DNA of 57,860 nucleotides, from contig CALLYE010000139.1 in NCBI GenBank assembly GCA_937875545.1, forward strand, positions 1-57,860, given 5' to 3'. This document shows positions 1 to 8,794 of the stretch, piece by piece. The DNA is from an uncultured Clostridia bacterium. GTDB lineage: Bacteria > Bacillota > Clostridia > Oscillospirales > CAG-272. Under the pieces are notes generated by a model. That model did not search any database, had not been told where the DNA came from, and worked only from the letters and a program-made list of their open reading frames with translations. Position 1 is the first letter of the stretch, and each line of letters starts with the position of its first letter. The translations under genes and the position numbers were made by a program.

Positions 1-1
1 C

Positions 2-1783
2 GCGGAGTTTGCTTTATTTCTTGTTGGCAATGTGCGGTGTTGCCATAATAATAAAGGTTCATTCGGCGAGCAAATCGAAAAACTCACGAATATAGCTATT
101 CCGAAACTCGAAGCTCTGAACAACCGTAATAAAAAGGCAAATTGTCTGTTTTGGCGCGGATCACGATATTTTTATAAAGATAATTATATCACCGCGCGAA
201 AAGATTTCGAAGCGGCGATAGCGGATTTTGATAAAACCGAGAGCGCTGTGTGGATTGCAAACGCATACGCGGGTATTCGAGCGTGTGATATTGCAATGCG
301 TACGGGTATTGCCGCACACAGCGTATGCGGCGAAACATTAGAGTACAAAGACGGAAAACTGTTATTTATCAGTCAACCCGGTTTCAGCAGCGATACGGGC
401 CTTACAAGATCGATATCCCGTTACGGCAGCTTGTTTTATTATGTGTCGATAATAAACAGTGTTTTTTTCGATGAAAACCTGAAAATTGGCGAGTCGGTTC
501 ATTATATCGAAGAATGGAATAAATGTAACCAAGAATTGATTATGGCGGCAAAAAATGAACGCGTGGCAACTGTAAGCGGTATTTTTGATGATTGTATTAA
601 AACAATTTTAAAGAGTTCTCCCGCGGAACAAAAAGATGAATATTATCACAACTCCTATACGGCGGAGGTGTGGTACGCAAAGAACGTAGGGCTGGTGAAA
701 GTAAACTTCAAGGCGTTTGACGGACGAGAAGAACACTACGAGCTGTGCGAATACAAGATAAACGGCGGCAGCGGCTTCATGCCTTTTGAAGTGGGCAATC
801 TGTGGCGCTATAAAAATGTGGACCTCCCCGATTATTACAATCAGCTTATCGAGCGCGAGATTATAAGCTGCGGTGATAATAGAGCACACATGACATCGTT
901 CTGTTATATAGCGATTGACGAAAGCGATATTGACGCGATGAAAGTCGATTCCGAAACATGTATCGGTTTGGCTGACATTCAGTATGAAAAGTATGAGTTT
1001 GACCGTACGGCGGAAATTCTGGGTGCGGTTATACGCAGAAATGACAACGTCAACTCCACAACTTTTGCGTTGACAGCGATTGACAACATCAAACGAGTAA
1101 AAGAATATCACAGTAAAGATTATAAAAATATTTTTTCCGGTATATGGAGCAATAATATTATCAAATCGGAAGATGCGGTTAAATACAGTGATTTACAGCT
1201 TTCGATCTGTAAGCCGAATGAAACAGTTCATACATCGGAACAAGTAGCGCTCTGGCGAATTAATGCGATGCGAAATCTGCACGCGTCAGCGGGCACTCTG
1301 TTTAATCCGAAATGGGCAGACGGATTTAAAGAAACGATTAAAAGAGATAAAGTTGACGTTGACATCACAGCGGAGAATGACGGAAGTGTCACGGTCAAGG
1401 GCGGCACATTCGATAACTGTTTAAAGGTTACCATCGAAGAAAAAGAATTTAGAGAACAGGAAAACGCGGTTGTGGTGTTCTCGATTAAAACATACTGGTT
1501 CGCACCGAAGGTTGGCATCATTCGCCAATATTATCGATTGAATAATATCGATTTCACCTGCGAGCTTGCGGAATATAACGTCATCGCGGCGAGGGGCGAG
1601 TATATGCCGGTTTATATCGGCAATTCGTGGGTATACGAGCAAATCGGCGGGGATACGGACTATATCGCCAGAAATGAATACAGGGTCGAAAACGGTCTGT
1701 CAGAAAAGTTCTTTGTGACACGCCAGTTTGAATTGATATTCAAAGGCACAGACGAGGAATACAAGAAAAAATATTCTATGTAA
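2..1783 (+). CDS. 5'-truncated paralogue of the ECF-sigma fusion protein at 1826-4345 (TPR-like helices plus two copies of a beta-rich domain); a sigma domain, if present, lies upstream of the window
   Basis: Frame is open from base 2 (AEFALFLVGNVRCC...). Collinear with the 839-aa ORF: IAIPKLEAL vs KQIPKLEAM, VCGETLEYKDGKLLFISQPGFS vs ATCEVFKYINGKLRLWSQTGYS, YKINGGSGFMPFEVGNLWRY vs YKINGGEGIVPFAEGNRWEY, YWFAPKVGII vs FYFAPGVGII. Confidence 0.8.
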   Translation, partial: AEFALFLVGNVRCCHNNKGSFGEQIEKLTNIAIPKLEALNNRNKKANCLFWRGSRYFYKDNYITARKDFEAAIADFDKTESAVWIANAYAGIRACDIAMRTGIAAHSVCGETLEYKDGKLLFISQPGFSSDTGLTRSISRYGSLFYYVSIINSVFFDENLKIGESVHYIEEWNKCNQELIMAAKNERVATVSGIFDDCIKTILKSSPAEQKDEYYHNSYTAEVWYAKNVGLVKVNFKAFDGREEHYELCEYKINGGSGFMPFEVGNLWRYKNVDLPDYYNQLIEREIISCGDNRAHMTSFCYIAIDESDIDAMKVDSETCIGLADIQYEKYEFDRTAEILGAVIRRNDNVNSTTFALTAIDNIKRVKEYHSKDYKNIFSGIWSNNIIKSEDAVKYSDLQLSICKPNETVHTSEQVALWRINAMRNLHASAGTLFNPKWADGFKETIKRDKVDVDITAENDGSVTVKGGTFDNCLKVTIEEKEFREQENAVVVFSIKTYWFAPKVGIIRQYYRLNNIDFTCELAEYNVIAARGEYMPVYIGNSWVYEQIGGDTDYIARNEYRVENGLSEKFFVTRQFELIFKGTDEEYKKKYSM

Positions 1784-1830
1784 ATAACAAGTCCGGGCGA
1801 ACGGTGAGCCATTCGCCCGGACTTGTTATT
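1783..1830. terminator. Bidirectional intrinsic terminator between convergent paralogues
   Basis: 19-bp perfect inverted repeat aataacaagtccgggcgaa / ttcgcccggacttgttatt overlapping both stop codons. Confidence 0.85.
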
Positions 1831-4345
1831 GCAGGTTATGTATGCCCGTGCGGTTTTCGAGTATCACCATATCGCCATCGTCAGTGCGGCAGTATGTATA
1901 TTCCGCCGCGCCGACATAGCCATCAGTGAGCCTGACCGCGTCGTAATGCCGCACCATGCCATCCTCTATCGGCATATAGCCCTCGCCCGTACCGGAGTAT
2001 GAGGTGAGGTCGTAGGTTGTCTTAATTTCATCATTTTTAAAATAGCCGACGGAGCGGATTATTCCCACACCGGGTGCAAAGTAAAACTCTTTTTTGCCTG
2101 TGCGGTAGCGCCAGCCGCCATCGACATTGTCGGTAATGTCGAGCGCAACGAGCAGGCAATTTTCAAATGTACCCGCCGCTGTGGTTATCGTTCCAGCGTC
2201 TGATACACAGACCGTTGTGTTCAACTCATTTTCACCATAATTTTTATCATGAAAGATGTATTGGGTTCCCGGTCGCCAGTCATCGAACCAAATACAGTTT
2301 ACGGCGCTGGACAATATACCGTAAATATCGTTATGCAATAACGCTCTGCCCGGTTCTGAAACATTCACCATGTCCTTCCACTCGAAAGAATATTTTTGAT
2401 TATAAATTAATGTAGTCTTACCTTGCTTAACTTCCGGATTTTTAAAACAGAAAAAGTTCCAATGACCTTTAGCTTTACAATCCGGATTAGTTTCAGAATC
2501 GGTTGCGAATATACGCCTCATTACATCACAGGCTGTCATGGTATGTACTTTTTGATATTTTGTGTTTGCAAGTTCCTCCGCGCGAAGCATATAATGTTCG
2601 ACACTAGATAATGCGTTGCCATCTTTTGTATAATATTCGTTTCTCATACGCAGCATCATGTCGTCCCAGCTATTTTCGTCGTATTGCAAGCGATGTGTAT
2701 AATTCATATGCCAGAGAACCGCGGTTGTTCCATCAAATGATGTTACCTCAAAAATATTTTCATGCTTTATACTATTACCATCAAATCGCATTGTGTATTC
2801 CCAACGGTTACCTTCTGCGAATGGAACAATTCCTTCACCGCCGTTTATTTTATAATTTTTAAGCGTCCGCACGGATGTCATACCGTAATCTTTTATTTCC
2901 ATCCTTACAATCCCGATATCACGTTTAAAATATGTTTTAACTTTTGTATGATCGGTTTCCGTTATCCACAGCTCGCATCCGTCGAATGTTCCGCAGGAGG
3001 TTTCGGCAGCCACATCAATTTCGGCGAACGTGATTGAAGACTTTCCGTCCGTACCAACGTTAGAATTATCCGGTTCCAATTTTGGATCATATAACAATCG
3101 ATCAATAAGAGATGAATAGTAAAATATATTGTCAGAGCGGTTATCGAAACGAATATTATTATTACTGTAACCTGTTTGCGACCATAAACGTAGCTTACCG
3201 TTGATGTACTTGAATACCTCGCAAGTAGCGGATGATGCAATATTATTATCAGGTTTACATTTTAAAAGTTCATGTTCCAAGTGGATTGCTGCTATCGCAT
3301 TGGCATAATATACGTCAGACGGCTTTAAAATTTCCAATACCTTGTCATATGCCGCATAACCCGCTTCGTTTTCACCGATGTGAAAATATTCATATCCAAG
3401 TCTGAACCATTCCCTACCGAGCGCTTGGGTAAAACCCATCGCCTCAAGTTTGGGTATCTGTTTGTTAAGTATAAACGTGATCTTATCTTTACCTGAAAGT
3501 TTATTTTCTTCGGATGTGATGAGAAATTCCATAACATCCTCGTTATACCCGCGCTCAGCGGCGTCGCGGATACGTTCCATCAGCGCGTCGTCTTTTTCGC
3601 CGGGCAGCCACCAATAGCCGTGCATTAACACGTCAGCCAGCGCGCGGTGCTTCTCCTCGCACTCGGGCAGACACTCGACGTCGCGCAGCGTGTCCTCGTA
3701 GACGGCTGTGAAGCCATCCTTGTTTTTGTAAAGCCGCCACAGTTTTAGCTGCTCGACTTTCTTCATCACTTTCTCCACCAAAGTATCGGTTTCCTTTTCG
3801 TCCATAATGCCGTAACCCTTTCTTAATTTTAGCCTGCCGTCATACAGGCGCCATTTGACGGTTCCGACCGGCAATCGCAGCCGCTCCGCGATCTCGTCGA
3901 CGGACAATCCCTCGAAATAATGCAGCTCGATCACCTGCCGCACCTTTTCAGAGAGCCTTCTGACGGAATCGCGCAGCTCACCGGCGTTGTCCGGGCGTTC
4001 GATTGCTTCCTCTGTATACGCGATGCGCTCGAGGTTTTTGTTTTCTAGCAGATCGAAGCTGATATATTCACGGTAGCGCACGGCGAGGTTTTTGGCGCGG
4101 TTGCGCGCAATCTTACACACCCACGCGCCGAAGCGGGAGGGTTCGCGTAGCGCGTCGAGCTTCATCCATGCGGAGACAAAAGCGTCCTGCGCCGCGTCTT
4201 CCGCCAGATAGGCGTTATGTGCTACGGACTTCGCCGCACCGACAACCGCCCGCTCATAACGGATGACCAGTGCCTCATATGCGCGCGTTTCGCCCAGCAG
4301 CGTGAGGCTGACAAGTGTTTCGTCGTTCTGCTCGGAATAAATCAT
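1826..4345 (-). CDS. ECF (group 4) RNA polymerase sigma factor with ~660-aa soluble C-terminal extension
   Basis: Region 2 (AEDAAQDAFVSAW, FGAWVCKIARN) and region 4 (LHYFEGLSVDEIAERLRLPVGTVKWRL); RBS AAGGTG upstream of the ATG; TPR-like segment WFRLGYEYFHIGENEAGYAAYDKVLEI; no obvious TM helix. Confidence 0.88.
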   Translation of the reverse strand: MIYSEQNDETLVSLTLLGETRAYEALVIRYERAVVGAAKSVAHNAYLAEDAAQDAFVSAWMKLDALREPSRFGAWVCKIARNRAKNLAVRYREYISFDLLENKNLERIAYTEEAIERPDNAGELRDSVRRLSEKVRQVIELHYFEGLSVDEIAERLRLPVGTVKWRLYDGRLKLRKGYGIMDEKETDTLVEKVMKKVEQLKLWRLYKNKDGFTAVYEDTLRDVECLPECEEKHRALADVLMHGYWWLPGEKDDALMERIRDAAERGYNEDVMEFLITSEENKLSGKDKITFILNKQIPKLEAMGFTQALGREWFRLGYEYFHIGENEAGYAAYDKVLEILKPSDVYYANAIAAIHLEHELLKCKPDNNIASSATCEVFKYINGKLRLWSQTGYSNNNIRFDNRSDNIFYYSSLIDRLLYDPKLEPDNSNVGTDGKSSITFAEIDVAAETSCGTFDGCELWITETDHTKVKTYFKRDIGIVRMEIKDYGMTSVRTLKNYKINGGEGIVPFAEGNRWEYTMRFDGNSIKHENIFEVTSFDGTTAVLWHMNYTHRLQYDENSWDDMMLRMRNEYYTKDGNALSSVEHYMLRAEELANTKYQKVHTMTACDVMRRIFATDSETNPDCKAKGHWNFFCFKNPEVKQGKTTLIYNQKYSFEWKDMVNVSEPGRALLHNDIYGILSSAVNCIWFDDWRPGTQYIFHDKNYGENELNTTVCVSDAGTITTAAGTFENCLLVALDITDNVDGGWRYRTGKKEFYFAPGVGIIRSVGYFKNDEIKTTYDLTSYSGTGEGYMPIEDGMVRHYDAVRLTDGYVGAAEYTYCRTDDGDMVILENRTGIHNLQ

Positions 4346-4385
4346 GCTGTCACCTTTTTAATGGAATTTTACGATTGTTGATATA

Positions 4386-4413
4386 TAGACAAATTAAGGA
4401 GTAAAAAGGTTGG
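4386..4413 (-). promoter_or_regulatory. Candidate ECF-type autoregulatory promoter (AAC...GTC)
   Basis: Minus strand ccAACctttttactccttaatttGTCTA about 40 bp upstream of the sigma start; matches the generic ECF -35 AAC / -10 GTC pattern. Confidence 0.45.
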
Positions 4414-4456
4414 GTATAAAAAGAAAAAGTAAATAAATATCGTGTTATGTAACGAA

Positions 4457-4493
4457 GCCGTCCCATCTGGGGAATAAACCCAAATGGGACGGC
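4457..4493. terminator. Hairpin downstream of the SPFH gene
   Basis: gccgtcccatctggg...cccaaatgggacggc inverted repeat. Confidence 0.65.
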
Positions 4494-4657
4494 GCAAATT
4501 TAACATATTTAAATCAAAAATATAATGGTTTCAGCTTATGACAGGATTTTTTTGAAAAGCCGCGTATATTCGTCTCCCCGGTCGTTGATAATATCGCCGC
4601 ATTTGGAGCAGAGCTTGGATGGTTCGGCAGGATTTTAAAAATCCCCGCCCGTACAGT

Positions 4658-5932
4658 TTATTCCGCTTTTTTAGCGCCGCAGTCGACGCAGAATTTACCG
4701 CTGTTCACAGCACCGCAGGCGCACTTCCACTCGCCTGATGGCGCGGGTTTACCGCACTCGGTGCAGAACTTGCTTTTGTTCTGTGTGCCGCAGTCGGGGC
4801 ACTTCCAACCGTCCGCGGGTTTAGACTTGCCGCACTCGGTGCAGAACTTGCCGCTGTTTTGCGCACCGCAGGAGCATTTCCACCCGGTTACATCCGCGGG
4901 TGCGGTTTTAGCCTCCGCTTGCTTCTGCGCGCCCATGGCGTACAGGCTCTGCGGATTTCCGCCGCCCGCTTGATTTGCCATGTTCAGCCCGACGAAACCC
5001 GCCATTGCGCCGCCCTGATTTTTCGCGGCGTCGCGCATAGCGTCAGCCTGCGCTCCGATAAGCGTCGCCGCGCCCATCGTCGGGTCACGCATAATGGCGC
5101 TCTTCTGGAGCTGCTTGATCATGTCCTCGTCCTCCTGGGACGCGGTGACCGAATTTATGCCGAACGATATAATTTTAATACCGCGGAGCTGCGTCCATTT
5201 AGCGCTCAGAATCTCGTTGAGCGCCTCCGACAGCTCAAGTGTGTGGCCGGGCAGGGAAGAATAGCGGATGCCGATATCGGACAACTTTGCAAACGCGGGC
5301 TGGAGCGCGGTGAGCAGCTCGGTGCGAAGCTGGCTGTCGATTTCGGTGCGCTTGTAAACGTCGTCCACATTGCCGCAGACGTTGGTGTAGAACAGGATCG
5401 GATCGATAACCTTATACGAATATTCGCCGTTGCAGCGGATGGAAATGTCCACATCCAGACCGATATTGCGGTCAACGACGCGGAAAGGTACAGGGCTGGT
5501 CGTGCCGTATTTATTTCCGGGGATCTCTTTGGTATTGAAATAATAAACACGCTGATCATGTCCGGTGTCGCCGCCGAAGGTAAAACGGTGCCCGATTCGC
5601 TTGAACGTCGTCATGACGCTGTCGCTCAGACTGCCCGTGAAGATGCTCGGCTCGGTCGATGTATCGTATACAAATTCGCCCGGTATGGCGCTGAGCTCGA
5701 CAATTTTACCCTGATCGACAATTATCATACACTGACCGTCGGCGACGGCAATCACCGAGCCGCTTGTGATTATGTTGTTGTCGCCTTTTGTGTTCGAGCT
5801 GCGCCCCGAGGTGCGTTTATAACCCTTTGATACCAAAACATCGCCGGACAGCGCCTCACAGTAAAAAAATTCTTTCCAGGAATCAGCGAGCACTCCGCCC
5901 GCGGCGCCGAGAGCCGCTTTTATAAGTCCCAT
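4658..5932 (-). CDS. SPFH/band-7 domain protein (YdjI-like) with three C-terminal zinc-ribbon repeats
   Basis: Typical N-terminus (GLIKAALGAAGGVLADSWKEFFYC), GAMAGFVGLNMA motif, three WKC..CG..N..KFC.ECG repeats; RBS GGAGG. Confidence 0.85.
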   Translation of the reverse strand: MGLIKAALGAAGGVLADSWKEFFYCEALSGDVLVSKGYKRTSGRSSNTKGDNNIITSGSVIAVADGQCMIIVDQGKIVELSAIPGEFVYDTSTEPSIFTGSLSDSVMTTFKRIGHRFTFGGDTGHDQRVYYFNTKEIPGNKYGTTSPVPFRVVDRNIGLDVDISIRCNGEYSYKVIDPILFYTNVCGNVDDVYKRTEIDSQLRTELLTALQPAFAKLSDIGIRYSSLPGHTLELSEALNEILSAKWTQLRGIKIISFGINSVTASQEDEDMIKQLQKSAIMRDPTMGAATLIGAQADAMRDAAKNQGGAMAGFVGLNMANQAGGGNPQSLYAMGAQKQAEAKTAPADVTGWKCSCGAQNSGKFCTECGKSKPADGWKCPDCGTQNKSKFCTECGKPAPSGEWKCACGAVNSGKFCVDCGAKKAE

Positions 5933-5969
5933 GATGTTAATCCTCCGTAATTACGTATTAATTGTTCCG

Positions 5970-5998
5970 ATTATATCAAACCGTCAGGATAAAATCAA
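5970..5998 (-). promoter_or_regulatory. SigA-type promoter of the SPFH gene
   Basis: TTGATT-17bp-TATAAT with extended -10 TG. Confidence 0.55.
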
Positions 5999-6050
5999 TG
6001 TTATTTTATACACGCAAGTTCTCGGATTTGTAAATTTTTGCTGTGAGCGT

Positions 6051-7127
6051 TTAATATGTGCCCAGCTCCAGCGCCTTTTTTACGAAATATTTATAGGTTT
6101 CGTAATTCACGGTTTTAGGTATAGAGTGGTCAGAGTGTACCGCGTAGCCGTGCCCGCGCATGACAATCGGGATTTTCTTCTCCAGTTCCGCGTCGATGCG
6201 CGCGCGGTCGTTGGAGTACAGCTCGCGCACGTCGATGCCGCCCATGAACGACAGCCTGTCGCCATATTTTTCATACAGGCGCAGCAGATCCATACCCGCT
6301 TTGATCTCGATGACCTGCAGCATATCCATGCCCGCGTCAAGCAGTCCGTCGACAAACGGCTCGATAAAGCCGCACGAATGCACTATGACGGGCAGACCCT
6401 GACTTTTGGCGAAATCAAAAGTATATTTGTGCGACGGATATATAAACTGATTGTACATCGCCGGGCTCATGAAGGGCGCGTTTTTATAGCCCATATCCTC
6501 GTAATACCACACGCCGTCAGGCTTACCCTCGCGCGCGAACAACAGCTCTTGCGCCTTAACCGTCATCTCGGCGAAGGTGCGCGACATGTCGGACACCCAT
6601 TCGGGGTCGTATATCATCGCCGCGAGCATCTCCACATGCCCGACCAGCGGGTGCATACACTCGAAAACGTTTACGCCGCTCCAGACAAAAAACAGTTCGC
6701 GGTCGGCGGCGTATTTTTTAGCGCCCCTGTAGCCCTCGAAATTGATGCGCCGCTCAAGATCGTTCTCGTTTGTAAGCAGGGGCTTGACCAGCTCCTCCCA
6801 CTTTTCGCGGCTGTCGATACCGAACCCGATATGCTCGGGCGTGGTGTCGTGCTTTTTATGGCGGCGCAGCGTCGCCCAATTGCCGTCAAGATATGTAGCG
6901 GTATCCTCGTCCTCCGCGACCTTAACCGGCGCGAAATCGAGTCTGGCGCAAAAGTTGGTTGGCCAGCATTCGATCATGTCAAACCCGAATTCGGCGTTAA
7001 AATCGCCGGGACAACCCTGGTTTTGCGTCCACTCGCCATAGGTATCGCCCCAAAAATGCTCGTATAAACCGATGCGGTCGGTGGGTTCGCGCCGCAAAAT
7101 GCGGCTCATGCGTTCTTTTCCAGTCAT
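6051..7127 (-). CDS. Uroporphyrinogen decarboxylase / MtaA-CmuA-like family protein
   Basis: MTGKERM...R.EPTDRI start, YEDMGYKNAPFMSP, HSCG, FMGGIDV and DHSIP motifs of the URO-D superfamily. Confidence 0.85.
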   Translation of the reverse strand: MTGKERMSRILRREPTDRIGLYEHFWGDTYGEWTQNQGCPGDFNAEFGFDMIECWPTNFCARLDFAPVKVAEDEDTATYLDGNWATLRRHKKHDTTPEHIGFGIDSREKWEELVKPLLTNENDLERRINFEGYRGAKKYAADRELFFVWSGVNVFECMHPLVGHVEMLAAMIYDPEWVSDMSRTFAEMTVKAQELLFAREGKPDGVWYYEDMGYKNAPFMSPAMYNQFIYPSHKYTFDFAKSQGLPVIVHSCGFIEPFVDGLLDAGMDMLQVIEIKAGMDLLRLYEKYGDRLSFMGGIDVRELYSNDRARIDAELEKKIPIVMRGHGYAVHSDHSIPKTVNYETYKYFVKKALELGTY

Positions 7128-7147
7128 TTTAAGTATCTGCCTTTTAT

Positions 7148-8620
7148 TTATTTTGTAATAGAATTAACAAATTTTTCGATAAGCTTATTCGCGATTTTTT
7201 CGTTTGACGCGACATAAGAGGTGAAGGTGTTTTTATTCTGCTCGAACAGGCGGGTTAAACCGTCCTCGACAGATACGAAATAAGCTTGCGACAGCGTGTA
7301 GCAGCGGTTCCCGAAGATGAGGTCGAGTATCTGTTTCGTCGTCTCGTCGCGGCTGACTTTTTCTTTCATCGTTATGTCGTAATACGCGGGAATCAGTTCG
7401 TTGCGCGAATATGCCGCCATGTATTCAAGCAGAATGCCCGTGCGTTCGAGTTCGGTATTGGTGGTCGGAATCATCGACAGCGGCGAGCCGAACATCATGG
7501 CTTCATAATTTTGCTGCTTTTCATCAAATTTGGGGTAGGGAATTATGCCGAAGTCGCTTTTCATATCGCGGAGCTGCGTCGTCCAATAGACAAGCTGGCT
7601 CCAGAATAACGCCTTGTCTGCGGCGAACATGTCTAGCGCGAGCTGGTGCGGCTTGCTTTTCGGCACGACGTCATAAACGGCATTTTCGATATGCATCATA
7701 TTAAGCAGCCGCTCGAAAACAGCGGTGTTGTGGTCGCTGCCCAGCACATACGACGGATAGCCGTCCGCGTCGGGTGCGATGGCCAAGGCTTCTGCACCTG
7801 TCATAAACGACGGATAAAACACAAACGACAGCGAGGACAGCCCGTAACGGTCATTTTCATTATAAACGCCATTACCGTCCAAATCGTCGGTAACTGTTGT
7901 AAGCATCTTTTCAAAGGTGTCAAACGTCCAGTTCCCGTTTAAAACAAGCTCATACGGGTCGCCGGAATGATATTCGGCGGCGAGGTTTTTATTAAACGCA
8001 AGAATGCAGGTCGTATCATAATGCGAGAGCGTATAGTCGCCGCCGAGGAAATATTTATACCCGCATACGGTGAGATCGCGCTCGATGTTGGAGTCCCACC
8101 ATTTATTTTTGGTGTTTATATAGGGTATACCGGAGATATCAGTCAGATATTTCTGCGTGAGGAGGGTCGCCGTGTGGCGAATGTCCTCGATGACAACGTC
8201 ATATTCGCTTTCGCCGGATTTTATCGATTTAACAGCGGTATTTTCGACCTCGCCGAAATTTTTCGGATAATCGGTGATTTTAACGCTGTAAAGTTCCTCC
8301 ACCGCTCGGTTGCGCTTGTAAACGGCGTCGTTTATCGGCTCGGCTATGGTGCTTTCAACGTCCATGGTCGTATACGCCCAGGTCAGCGAATTGTGATCGT
8401 TGGTTAAAAAGCGGAAATTATAACCGTCGTAATTGTTGACCGGCACATCGGCTTTGCAATACTCGGTGGTTTCTGCTTCATCCGATACACCTGCGCCGGA
8501 CAGGTCGGAAGATGTGTTCCCGCCGGCTTTTGCGTTATTATCCGCACAGGACACAAGTCCGATTAAAACGGCGACGCAAAGAAAGAGCAGAAAAAGAGAG
8601 ATGTTTTTTACTTGTTTCAT
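7148..8620 (-). CDS. Extracellular solute-binding lipoprotein (ABC carbohydrate-type)
   Basis: Signal peptide with lipobox LVSC; INDAVYKRN, GNWTFD, DLDGNGVYNENDRYG and DFGIIPYPKFDE motifs. Confidence 0.85.
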   Translation of the reverse strand: MKQVKNISLFLLFLCVAVLIGLVSCADNNAKAGGNTSSDLSGAGVSDEAETTEYCKADVPVNNYDGYNFRFLTNDHNSLTWAYTTMDVESTIAEPINDAVYKRNRAVEELYSVKITDYPKNFGEVENTAVKSIKSGESEYDVVIEDIRHTATLLTQKYLTDISGIPYINTKNKWWDSNIERDLTVCGYKYFLGGDYTLSHYDTTCILAFNKNLAAEYHSGDPYELVLNGNWTFDTFEKMLTTVTDDLDGNGVYNENDRYGLSSLSFVFYPSFMTGAEALAIAPDADGYPSYVLGSDHNTAVFERLLNMMHIENAVYDVVPKSKPHQLALDMFAADKALFWSQLVYWTTQLRDMKSDFGIIPYPKFDEKQQNYEAMMFGSPLSMIPTTNTELERTGILLEYMAAYSRNELIPAYYDITMKEKVSRDETTKQILDLIFGNRCYTLSQAYFVSVEDGLTRLFEQNKNTFTSYVASNEKIANKLIEKFVNSITK

Positions 8621-8650
8621 AGGATGCCTCCGTTTGTTAATATAATATTA

Positions 8651-8679
8651 AGCATATCACAAGATGCCAGATATTTCAA
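8651..8679 (-). promoter_or_regulatory. SigA-type promoter of the SBP-UROD operon
   Basis: TTGAAA-17bp-TATGCT with TG extension. Confidence 0.5.
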
Positions 8680-8735
8680 GCGCGAATAATAATATAGTAT
8701 TATATCATATCTTTAAAATAACAAAATATTATACC

Positions 8736-8794
8736 GTAGGGCGTGGCCTTGACCTCGCCGTTATCCGCGTCTGTAACGGGGACCCCCGCCCTAC
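8736..8794. repeat. GTAG-type REP-like inverted doublet; supplies the TAG stop of the adjacent gene
   Basis: GTAGGGCG...CGCCCTAC termini. Confidence 0.6.

Noticed and set aside
4658-5932. Prophage (this family is often labelled virion core protein)
   Set aside because: It is a cellular SPFH protein, with no phage structural genes or integrase nearby.
4859-7067. Long antisense ORFs (323 aa, 378 aa) and similar ones opposite GH116, adhE, hfsC, hydB and the URO-D genes
   Set aside because: Shadow ORFs of GC-rich genes with no recognisable motifs or RBS.
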